DNA of 25,949 nucleotides. It comes from a virus. Lineage: Duplodnaviria; Caudoviricetes. Within the stretch, counting starts at the first letter, position 1; the number at the start of each line of letters is the position of its first letter. Made by a program: the position numbers and the translations under genes. Positions 6,691 to 13,876 of the stretch are shown in pieces. The stretch spans positions 1-25,949 of IMG/VR virus record IMGVR_UViG_3300037634_002155; one strand, given 5' to 3'. A model generated the notes under the pieces. The model did not search any database. It was given only the letters and a program-made list of their open reading frames with translations, and was not told the origin of the DNA.

Positions 6691-7057
6691 ACTGATCGTG
6701 CGTGGAGCCATGCCCAATCTCAATACGGTGATAGCTGCGACTAAAAAGCATTGGTCGCACTACTCCAGAGAGAAAAAGAAATGGACTCAGATGGTGCGTG
6801 TGGAGGCGTTGGCCCAGAAGCTCACGCCAATCACGCAACCGGTATGGGTCAGGTCAGAATATTACTCAAAAAACAGACGTGCTGATCCGGACGGAATACG
6901 CATAGCAGCAAAGTATATCCTCGATGGATTGGTTGAGGCAAACGTGCTACCCGATGACTCGCAAAAATGGATCATCGGTTTTGTGGATCGGTTTGACGTG
7001 GATAAAAACGACCCACGTATCGAGGTCGAACTGATGCCGGAGCCGGATGGTATATGA
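6674..7057 (+). CDS. rusA: RusA-like Holliday junction resolvase
   Basis: PNLN, RRADPDG...KYILDGLVEANVLPDDSQKWI, PRIEVEL: RusA catalytic Asp/Lys pattern. Start is 6674 or 6665. Confidence 0.85.
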   Translation: MICRSKLIVRGAMPNLNTVIAATKKHWSHYSREKKKWTQMVRVEALAQKLTPITQPVWVRSEYYSKNRRADPDGIRIAAKYILDGLVEANVLPDDSQKWIIGFVDRFDVDKNDPRIEVELMPEPDGI

Positions 7058-7296
7058 GCAAACAACTGCTGGTCGAAAAAACAGATGGCCATCTACACAA
7101 CATTCACGCAGATCAGATCGTGGATGTGGTGCCGTCTGCGGAACCCGACCGGCAACCGTGCGCCATCATTATGCGTTACGGTGATCCGGTTTTGTTATCA
7201 GAAGAAACAAATGTGATACAAATCATTGAATGGTGGATAGAAAACTTAGAAACGTCACGTAAGCGCATGGGGGCCGGAGATACCGGCTGCGCTTAA
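7054..7296 (+). CDS. Hypothetical protein
   Basis: ATGA overlap with rusA; protein-like composition. Confidence 0.75.
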   Translation: MSKQLLVEKTDGHLHNIHADQIVDVVPSAEPDRQPCAIIMRYGDPVLLSEETNVIQIIEWWIENLETSRKRMGAGDTGCA

Positions 7297-7304
7297 GTGA
7301 CTTG

Positions 7305-7357
7305 GGGGTGGGCCGTTCTCCTCTGCGGCTTGCCCCGTCTAATAAAAAATTGGAGAA
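7305..7357 (+). promoter_or_regulatory. GC-rich hairpin whose loop is complementary to the downstream RBS
   Basis: Stem 7305-7315/7326-7336; loop TTCTCC (7316-7321) vs GGAGAA (7352-7357); no U tract. Confidence 0.45.
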
Positions 7358-7360
7358 AGA

Positions 7361-8098
7361 ATGGAAGAGTACACCGCAACAACACTAGAACGAGCCAGAC
7401 ACGTCCTTAAAAGGTTTCCACTTTCGGACGGTGCAAAAATGGCAGTAGGTAAAGATCTGGAATACGGATATACATGGGCCGCGCTACCCGAAAATAAACG
7501 TGCGCTGGTGGCTACTATGCCACCGCTCAAACCAGGCGTGTTCACCGTTTTTACTACAGAAGGTCACACCTTAAATCTCACCGGCAACGCCCTAACCCAG
7601 ATGATAACGAATGCCAGAACAAGACACAGAAACACGAAGGCCCGTATTGAGTCTTATAGATCACGCGAGGATAACCCTACACGATTTACTGGAACAGAAG
7701 GAACTGACTACACCTCCAGCGCGAAACGTCAGCAACGAGACTACGAGGCTGGCATTAGAAATACTTTCCGAATTGCTGGATGGGGCGACATGGAATTCAC
7801 CTTTGCTGATGAAAGCAATAACCGAATTGATAGAACAAGAGGTGAAGTGGTTGCAGCGACAGAGCATTCATCACCAATGGCGCGAAGAGAACAAACCGAT
7901 AGCGGCACGACGCTACGAGACACCCGGCCCGGCACCGCTGAAATTGTCACACGCGGTAAATCAGCGGCTTACGGAAGTGGGCCTCCGCTACAACCACGAC
8001 AAGAAAACGTGGTGTGGGTGGCAGACGGACGAGATGGTGATAACCGCAAACGAATTGTTGTCCGTGCAAGGCAAAATGATTTAACAGGTGAATTATGA
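7361..8098 (+). CDS. Hypothetical protein (outer gene of an overlapping pair)
   Basis: GGAG RBS; stop forms an ATGA overlap with the next gene. Confidence 0.65.
   Translation: MEEYTATTLERARHVLKRFPLSDGAKMAVGKDLEYGYTWAALPENKRALVATMPPLKPGVFTVFTTEGHTLNLTGNALTQMITNARTRHRNTKARIESYRSREDNPTRFTGTEGTDYTSSAKRQQRDYEAGIRNTFRIAGWGDMEFTFADESNNRIDRTRGEVVAATEHSSPMARREQTDSGTTLRDTRPGTAEIVTRGKSAAYGSGPPLQPRQENVVWVADGRDGDNRKRIVVRARQNDLTGEL
7611..8084 (+). CDS. Hypothetical protein nested in the +1 frame of 7361-8098
   Basis: 157 codons with amphipathic helices and a GLRYNHDKKTWCGW aromatic hairpin motif; reads more protein-like than the overlapping frame; weak RBS. Confidence 0.6.
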   Translation: MPEQDTETRRPVLSLIDHARITLHDLLEQKELTTPPARNVSNETTRLALEILSELLDGATWNSPLLMKAITELIEQEVKWLQRQSIHHQWREENKPIAARRYETPGPAPLKLSHAVNQRLTEVGLRYNHDKKTWCGWQTDEMVITANELLSVQGKMI

Positions 8099-8520
8099 AA
8101 CCACGCAAATTCGGATGGGCAGATAAAGCTGCTCCATATAAAAGCTGGCGCTATCAGTGGAACGTGTCTGGTGTGCATGATGTGGATCAAATAGAATGGC
8201 GTGGTGACTACCCTGTTGCCTTACTGGAGTTGACCACTAATCCAACGATCAATCAGGCGGTGAAAGACCGTGTAGCGCACCGTCTCTGGTTCCAATTTTC
8301 CGGTAAAAAGCTACGCCATGTAGCAAAGGCAGTAGGCGTTCCGTTTTACATCGTATTAATGGATTTAAACGTGGAGAACATAACAGTATGTCACCAAACA
8401 AGTCCGGACGCAAGCTGGGTCGATATGTCAAGAGATGTCTACCGGCACTGGCTCTCATCATTGGAGCCATTGCGATCTACCGAAGATACAAACGCAAGCA
8501 AGACTACGAACAGCCCATAG
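8095..8520 (+). CDS. Putative PD-(D/E)xK-fold nuclease-like protein
   Basis: HDVDQIEW...PVALLELT...LRHVAKAVGVPFYIV pattern; AGGTG RBS. Confidence 0.6.
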   Translation: MKPRKFGWADKAAPYKSWRYQWNVSGVHDVDQIEWRGDYPVALLELTTNPTINQAVKDRVAHRLWFQFSGKKLRHVAKAVGVPFYIVLMDLNVENITVCHQTSPDASWVDMSRDVYRHWLSSLEPLRSTEDTNASKTTNSP

Positions 8521-8529
8521 GATTGTAAA

Positions 8530-8694
8530 ATGAGCAAAGATTTGACTGATGAGCAGATGGCAAAACTAAAAAACAACCCACCCAAAACGATCCAAGTCTT
8601 TGATCGTGAAACGGGTAACGATTTTCTGGTAAAGGAAATCACCGTCCACGATTGGGGTTTGGAAGTCGACATCGAAGTCTACAGGATGGATTAA
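8530..8694 (+). CDS. Small hypothetical protein (54 aa, MSKDLTDEQMAKLKNNPP...), absent from the ORF track
   Basis: AGGA RBS; fills the gap in a co-directional operon. Confidence 0.7.
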   Translation: MSKDLTDEQMAKLKNNPPKTIQVFDRETGNDFLVKEITVHDWGLEVDIEVYRMD

Positions 8695-8727
8695 ACAATA
8701 AACTCGTAAAAGAATCAGGATCATACT

Positions 8728-8967
8728 ATGCCGGATGAAATAGAAATCGAATATGAACTAACCATTCCAGTTGTAATCACTGCCGACATTTTGGGCGAAA
8801 ACCGTGATGCTCGTTTTGACGAGCCGGGTGAGTGCCAGTATTCCGGCGACATCAAAATAACATGGAATCAGGACGACATCACAAACAAAATTGACAAAGA
8901 CGAAATTGAAAGTTTGCGGAAAGCAATTGATGATGAAATTAATTACAGAGGGGCAACCAATGGATAA
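8728..8967 (+). CDS. Small very acidic hypothetical protein
   Basis: AGGA RBS; about 21 D/E vs 8 K/R in 79 aa. Confidence 0.75.
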   Translation: MPDEIEIEYELTIPVVITADILGENRDARFDEPGECQYSGDIKITWNQDDITNKIDKDEIESLRKAIDDEINYRGATNG

Positions 8968-9223
8968 CAGGAAATACAGAGATGTGGACATGTCGCCCGT
9001 CACGCCGGCACAACAACGAGTGCTGGATGTAATACGGCGACACTTGGAGGAACATAATCGCACACCAACCATCCGGCAGATATGTGAAGAGCTTGGACTC
9101 AAGTCTACGTTCAGCGTGTTCACGCAAATCACTCGACTACAGCGTAAGGGCCATTTGGCTGAAGGGCCAAGAGTTGCACTCAGTGACCGGTATCGAACGG
9201 TCGTATTGGAGAAGAGCGAATGA
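8960..9223 (+). CDS. LexA-type winged-helix DNA-binding protein lacking the peptidase domain
   Basis: TPAQQRVLDVIRRHLEEHNRTPTIRQICEELGLKSTFSVFTQITRLQRKGHL matches the LexA N-domain; GAGG RBS before ATG 8960. Confidence 0.88.
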   Translation: MDNRKYRDVDMSPVTPAQQRVLDVIRRHLEEHNRTPTIRQICEELGLKSTFSVFTQITRLQRKGHLAEGPRVALSDRYRTVVLEKSE

Positions 9224-9438
9224 GCAAAATGGAACCGTTACTACTCACCCCTGATGAAGCTGCTGAAGTTTTGCGTATAAGCAAATCTTATCTCTACGAT
9301 CTTAAATCAAGAGGCGATATTTCTTTTATAAAAATTGGAACAAATTTACGTTTTAGGCGTAGCGATTTAGAAAAATTTATTGAAAAAAAGGCGAAACATA
9401 CGGAGCGTATTTTAAAGCAACAGGAGTTCGTTGTGTAA
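9220..9438 (+). CDS. xis: Excisionase (MerR-like HTH_17)
   Basis: LLTPDEAAEVLRISKSYLYDL...GDISFIKIGTNLRFRRSDLEKFI; adjacent to attP. Confidence 0.88.
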   Translation: MSKMEPLLLTPDEAAEVLRISKSYLYDLKSRGDISFIKIGTNLRFRRSDLEKFIEKKAKHTERILKQQEFVV

Positions 9439-9479
9439 ACACTTTCGATCATAATTCGATCAGTAGCGCATTTCATACC

Positions 9480-9519
9480 AAAACAACCACCTACGAATTG
9501 ACGTAAGTGGTTGTTTTTT
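9480..9519. terminator. Bidirectional terminator (ends xis operon; would follow the reconstituted tRNA)
   Basis: AAAACAACCAC-c-TACG...CGTA-a-GTGGTTGTTTT inverted repeat with A/T runs on both sides. Confidence 0.8.
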
Positions 9520-9520
9520 A

Positions 9521-9567
9521 TGGTGAGCCCGGCGCGAATCGAACGCGCGACCAATTGATTAAAAGTC
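9521..9567 (-). tRNA. 3' half of tRNA-Lys(UUU) = att core, not a complete tRNA
   Basis: GACTTTTAATCAATTGGTCGCGCGTTCGATTCGCGCCGGGCTCACCA: anticodon loop, T arm and CCA present; D arm and 5' anticodon stem do not pair. Confidence 0.9.
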
Positions 9568-9753
9568 CGTACAACACTCAATTACAAGCCATGTAAAAAC
9601 AATACATTATAAATCATATCATTGTGTGCCAACGGTTTACATAAATCATGTCATTACTCTCGCTTACTCTCGCTTACTCGTTTTTGGACTTGACTTCGAT
9701 CATAATTCGATCAATATTTGTGTATGCTTTAAACCCACACAGGAGCTTTAACA

Positions 9754-11001
9754 ATGGCTAAACCCAAAGTTTATCACGTTGGACAAATCACCGTTAAACA
9801 AAGACCTAAATCTTCGCCGTATTATTACGCATGGTGGTTTGATGAAAATCAAAAGGAACATTTACGATCAACAAGAACCACCAATTTAAAAAAAGCATTA
9901 CAACGGGCTAAAGAAATAGATGATGCTATAAACGGTGGCACAATAGAAAAGGTCGAAGAGGTAAAAAAAAACAGAGGCGTGACCTTTGCCCAAGTGACCC
10001 AAGAATACTTCAACGGCGAAACGCAAAACACGAAGAAGTTGCGTAAGCGTCGCCTTAAGGCCGTGACCGAAAAGTCTGCTGCTACGGTAAAAGGTGAGCA
10101 ATCATTTGCGAGAACCATTTGCGCTCATTTTGGCGACCAGCCTGTAGCATCCATCACGGCACTGGACATCACGAAATGGCTGACCAAGATGTCGAAAAAA
10201 GGCGTGAGAAAGTTAGACGGTGGATGGACACCCAGCACCCGTAATCGCCATAAATCATTTTTCAGTTGTGTGCTACACTTGGCCGAAGAGAAAAACTACA
10301 TCGCACGGTGGCCGATGGATGAGGTAGACCATGTAGACGAATTGGTCGATGAAAAGGATTTGCCCACACAAACAAAGTTTGACCAGTTATTGGGTTATTT
10401 GCCCCCCTACGTTTCGCTGATAATGAGCCTAATGCGGTATACCGGAATGAGGGCCGGTGAGCTACATAGCCTTGTTTGGCGAGATATAGATTGGACGGAT
10501 AATGTTATCGTAATCCGACCAAGCAAAGAGAAAGCGTCAAGGGGTCGTAAGATACCAATGAATGACTACGTAAGGCCCACACTGGATAGCTTACGCGGTG
10601 GCAATTCGTGGGTAAAGGAAAATAGCGGTCACAAGGTGCCTACCATCTTTTGGCCGTCTGACGAAAACCTGGACGATTTAATCATACCCCCTATCAATAT
10701 ATATAACACACTCAAACGTGCGGTCCACCAACTTCTAGAAGATACTAAGCATTTAAAAGGCGAGGATCGGTGGACAATTAAAAAGGTCAATCGGCACATG
10801 ATGCGACATTTGTTTGCTACCGATGGATCAGACAGGGGTATGCGTGATTCTGTCTTGATGGATATAGGTGGATGGAACTCTATCACGATGTTACGTCGCT
10901 ATCGCCAAGAATCAGCCAAGCGCAATCAGGAAGAGATGCAACTTTTGAATGGCATCGCCGGTAAACCAAAACCAAAACTAAAAGCGGTCAAATCAGCCTA
11001 A
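9754..11001 (+). CDS. int: Phage integrase (tyrosine recombinase with N-terminal arm-binding domain)
   Basis: YYYAWWFDEN...STRTTNLKKA arm domain; TGMRAGE, HMMRH, GGW, LRRY catalytic motifs; AGGAG RBS; next to attP. Confidence 0.95.
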   Translation: MAKPKVYHVGQITVKQRPKSSPYYYAWWFDENQKEHLRSTRTTNLKKALQRAKEIDDAINGGTIEKVEEVKKNRGVTFAQVTQEYFNGETQNTKKLRKRRLKAVTEKSAATVKGEQSFARTICAHFGDQPVASITALDITKWLTKMSKKGVRKLDGGWTPSTRNRHKSFFSCVLHLAEEKNYIARWPMDEVDHVDELVDEKDLPTQTKFDQLLGYLPPYVSLIMSLMRYTGMRAGELHSLVWRDIDWTDNVIVIRPSKEKASRGRKIPMNDYVRPTLDSLRGGNSWVKENSGHKVPTIFWPSDENLDDLIIPPINIYNTLKRAVHQLLEDTKHLKGEDRWTIKKVNRHMMRHLFATDGSDRGMRDSVLMDIGGWNSITMLRRYRQESAKRNQEEMQLLNGIAGKPKPKLKAVKSA

Positions 11002-11004
11002 CAC

Positions 11005-11069
11005 AAAAGCCGCACCGGGCGTGGCAACACCCACACGGATTGCCACAGTTTGTAAAAGCCCGGCACGGC
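11005..11069 (-). terminator. Long bulged hairpin/terminator between int and the late operon
   Basis: Minus strand GCCGTGCCGGGC...GCCCGGTGCGGC (G-U pairs work only on minus) with inner GTGGCAA/TTGCCAC stem, then TTTT. Confidence 0.65.
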
Positions 11070-11075
11070 CATTTG

Positions 11076-11246
11076 TTACTTGGCGTGGGCATCTACATAG
11101 GCTTGCCCCAGCACATATGCGGCGGCTACGAGTGCAATGGGCCATGTCACCTCTACAGCACCGGTCCCGGCGGCTGCACCGATTGCAGCGGTTACACCGA
11201 GTTTTCGGCTACCTAATTTTTCCTTTAAATCATTCAGAATTTTCAT
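11076..11246 (-). CDS. Holin-like small membrane protein (56 aa)
   Basis: KLGSRKL + hydrophobic helix ... AYVLGQAYVD, a pattern typical of small phage holins; last gene of the late operon. Confidence 0.65.
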   Translation of the reverse strand: MKILNDLKEKLGSRKLGVTAAIGAAAGTGAVEVTWPIALVAAAYVLGQAYVDAHAK

Positions 11247-11430
11247 CGTTATCGCTTTCTGCACTGGCATCTGCCTGTAGGCTCTCCAGTGCCGTTATTG
11301 CGCCTGATTGACGCTGTATCAGGGCATTGAGTTCTGTTGCTTTGGATTGCGCCTCCTGGAGCATCTTTAAGGCCTCCTGGCGGTTCGTTGTTAACTCGTC
11401 GATTTTGTCTGCAACACTTGATTCGGTCAT
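11230..11430 (-). CDS. Small coiled-coil protein
   Basis: AGGAG RBS; heptad pattern ending ...QSGAITALESL. Confidence 0.75.
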   Translation of the reverse strand: MTESSVADKIDELTTNRQEALKMLQEAQSKATELNALIQRQSGAITALESLQADASAESDNDENSE

Positions 11431-11456
11431 CTCACTCTCCTGTGGGTTTTGTTGGT

Positions 11457-11567
11457 TTATCGACCTCGTTTTTTGCTTTTTGACTTGCCCTTTTTACGCG
11501 CCTTTTTAGCGGCCTTCTTGCCGGCTGTTGTATAAGCGTAATGTTTACCGTCTACGACAGGTGACAT
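11457..11567 (-). CDS. Very small basic protein (36 aa, MSPVVDGKHYAYTTAGKKAAKKARKKGKSKSKKRGR), absent from the ORF track
   Basis: AAGGAG RBS; ATG 2 nt after the upstream stop; K/R-rich. Confidence 0.75.
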   Translation of the reverse strand: MSPVVDGKHYAYTTAGKKAAKKARKKGKSKSKKRGR

Positions 11568-11569
11568 AG

Positions 11570-11956
11570 CTAATCTCCTTTTTTAACGGCGAGTAAATCG
11601 AGTTGTCGTTCGATTCGTAATGCGCCTAATTCATTGTTGGCCACACTCAATAACGTGCCGGATTTTACGCCTCCGTCTTTGTCCGTTTCGTAGACGTAGA
11701 ATGTGGTCGATGTGAGCGATGTCTTGCTGATCCGTGCCGGTCTACGCTCACCGCCTACCTGTATCCAACATGTCTGATTCTCATCGTATTTTGATCCAAA
11801 GAACACCGCGCATCCGGCCAGTATGTTCTCTACAGAGTTTTTCAAAAACAGCAATGCAAACCCAACCACAAACAACCAGCTATACTGCTCTACCAATAGT
11901 CCAATGCCAGAATTTTCAGAAAATCTTTGTAACGCTTCGGCGGCTTCTGTTTCCAT
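11570..11956 (-). CDS. Membrane protein with MscS-like TM and beta domain
   Basis: Hydrophobic helix then KNSVENILAG..VF..KYDENQ....ISKTSLTSTTF....LLSVANNEL, resembling MscS TM3 plus the middle beta domain. Confidence 0.6.
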   Translation of the reverse strand: METEAAEALQRFSENSGIGLLVEQYSWLFVVGFALLFLKNSVENILAGCAVFFGSKYDENQTCWIQVGGERRPARISKTSLTSTTFYVYETDKDGGVKSGTLLSVANNELGALRIERQLDLLAVKKGD

Positions 11957-12045
11957 TTTTTATCTAAGCGATGTTTAGGGCTGCGCTTATCCATTAATTT
12001 CCTACGGTTCAGCAATTTTTCCATCCAACTCCAAAAGCGGTTCAT
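11890..12045 (-). CDS. Possible small basic protein (51 aa, MNRFWSWMEKLLNRRK...)
   Basis: TGATG coupling to the upstream stop, but overlaps the next gene by 67 nt. Confidence 0.3.
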   Translation of the reverse strand: MNRFWSWMEKLLNRRKLMDKRSPKHRLDKKWKQKPPKRYKDFLKILALDYW

Positions 12046-12482
12046 CAGCTTTTATTGGTTGCCTTGTAGACTTCGGCAAACATGACCGTCATAAGCCACA
12101 CGATCAAACCGTATACCGCCTCATGGTTCCAGAACTCCATCCATTTTTTGTCGGCTCCGTTACGTGCAAATGGAAATCCGATTGTATGCCAGAGTTGATA
12201 TAAGATGGTCACACACACAGCAGCACCACCCGACCAGGCAGCAGCTTTCTTCGATTCATCAGCCGCTTTTTGTTTACGGCTCATTGTAACGATAGACCGC
12301 TTGGCATGTTTCAATTCACCCTTCAACCCATCACGGTCATGCTTGTATTCTTTAGCAATGATGTTTTCATTGCTCACCTGTTGACGCAGATGTTCAATTT
12401 CTTTAACCGCCTCGACGTAAATTCGCCTTTGCCGCTCCGCAGAGGGTATCTGCTCTGGTGGTGGATATTTTGCCGGACTCAT
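12045..12482 (-). CDS. Coiled-coil plus two-TM membrane protein (lysis-associated candidate)
   Basis: Charged helical N-terminus; two hydrophobic segments near the C-terminus; follows the tail genes. Confidence 0.7.
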   Translation of the reverse strand: MSPAKYPPPEQIPSAERQRRIYVEAVKEIEHLRQQVSNENIIAKEYKHDRDGLKGELKHAKRSIVTMSRKQKAADESKKAAAWSGGAAVCVTILYQLWHTIGFPFARNGADKKWMEFWNHEAVYGLIVWLMTVMFAEVYKATNKS

Positions 12483-12484
12483 CT

Positions 12485-12805
12485 TTAGCTGTCTATTGTA
12501 GGCCGTGTGTCTGGAAATCCAGCGTCAGCGTCATTGGGCCATTGACGCAATTTGATCCTATACGACATTATCGCAGCATGCTCAGGATGGTCTGTCACTG
12601 TTACAAATTTATCGGTTCGATTGAGTTCAGCGTCTCGCCACAAACGAGCCTCAAATCTGGCTGTCTCCGCTTTTATCTCTTCTGATTCTTGCGGTACAGG
12701 TATTAATTCATAACTACCTCCACCTGCGACTATTCGTGCCATTTCCTCTGTTGCGACAATATTACCTGTTGTGCCATCCTCATAAGTTATTTTGTAGTCT
12801 GCCAT
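12485..12805 (-). CDS. Tail fibre assembly chaperone
   Basis: ARLWRDAELNRTD...YRIKLRQWP...FPDTRP motif; ATG 12805 follows the fibre gene stop. Confidence 0.85.
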   Translation of the reverse strand: MADYKITYEDGTTGNIVATEEMARIVAGGGSYELIPVPQESEEIKAETARFEARLWRDAELNRTDKFVTVTDHPEHAAIMSYRIKLRQWPNDADAGFPDTRPTIDS

Positions 12806-12810
12806 ATTTA

Positions 12811-13863
12811 TTACCCCATTGAAGTTGGAAAAATTAAAACAACCCCTGACGCACCTTTTGCAGGTAAGCACCAACCTGAACTGTCCGTTGTACGTTGCGC
12901 TCCACTACCTGCGCCCATAGACACACGCGATCCGTAAGCCTTCTCAAAAGAATCTGCTACAACTGTGCCTTTGCCCCCTTCAAATGGGCCAGTGGGTTGT
13001 CCTACGTATTTATCATATGTGCCTCGACAATCAAAACGAGAATTTGCGCCACCATTCATAATCTGACCTGCTGTGTATTTGTTTGTTGTGTTTGCATACG
13101 CACTCCCCCCTGCATATGAATCACCAGGCCCCCCTGCATATGTACCAAACTGTTGCTCGTCATAGGAAAACAGTTCTGGAAACGGAGACAGCGTAACAGG
13201 TATGTCTTGACTCTGACCACTGCCCTGCTGATCCATCGACCCTTTTGGCGTAGAATACAATCCAACTTCTTGATACTGATTTAACGCGCCACCCCAACTA
13301 AACTCAACAACACTCGATGTGGACGCACCTGTTATACCTGCTTGACCATTGGAACCGTTCATCCATAGGCCTGTGGCACCACCTCCACTGGCTTGGCGTG
13401 TAGAGGCACAAGCACCCCCACTTCCACCTGTATAATTAGCGATATTGCCACCACTCGCTGAACCACCTGCACCCCCTGCACAACCTGCACTTGAAGCCTT
13501 AGCCCCTGCGCCACCACCATTGCCTGTCATAAATGTTGATCCACCTACGGCAATAGTGGTATTACCCCCTGCGGTACCCGTTTCTGCAGCTGCAGAAGAT
13601 GTGATTGATGTTGAACCCCCTGCACCGATTGTTATAGTGTAAGCGGTTGACGCAAGAAATACGTATTTACTAACGGCTGTTCCACCAGCCCCTCCACCTG
13701 ATGCTGACGAATCGAAATTCTGGTTTGAACACGCTCCTGATCCACCTGCTCCAATACAGTAAACTATTGCTTCAATGTTGCACGATGGGGTCCATGTATC
13801 AGTTGCAGAAAACATGATGTTGGGCAACCCTGTGTCGCCACCTTTTTGTCCTAAAACTGCCAT
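12811..13863 (-). CDS. Glycine-rich tail fibre / receptor-binding protein
   Basis: TWTP...IGAGGSG...GGGAGG...YTITIGAGG...G.SGVVLI glycine-rich domain; AAGGAG RBS. Confidence 0.82.
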   Translation of the reverse strand: MAVLGQKGGDTGLPNIMFSATDTWTPSCNIEAIVYCIGAGGSGACSNQNFDSSASGGGAGGTAVSKYVFLASTAYTITIGAGGSTSITSSAAAETGTAGGNTTIAVGGSTFMTGNGGGAGAKASSAGCAGGAGGSASGGNIANYTGGSGGACASTRQASGGGATGLWMNGSNGQAGITGASTSSVVEFSWGGALNQYQEVGLYSTPKGSMDQQGSGQSQDIPVTLSPFPELFSYDEQQFGTYAGGPGDSYAGGSAYANTTNKYTAGQIMNGGANSRFDCRGTYDKYVGQPTGPFEGGKGTVVADSFEKAYGSRVSMGAGSGAQRTTDSSGWCLPAKGASGVVLIFPTSMG

Positions 13864-13876
13864 TTAAAATCTCCTT

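Larger units (their letters stand above)
9444..9713. other. attP region with integrase arm-type, IHF-like and Xis-like sites
   Basis: TTCGATCATAATTCGATCA at 9444-9462 and 9695-9713; ATAAATCATRTCATT at 9609 and 9641; TTACTCTCGC 10-bp tandem at 9654-9680; tRNA core between them. Confidence 0.85.

Noticed and set aside
9521-9596. Complete tRNA-Lys gene
   Set aside because: The 5' half lacks a D arm and the anticodon stem ACGGA/TCAAT does not pair; it is an att core.
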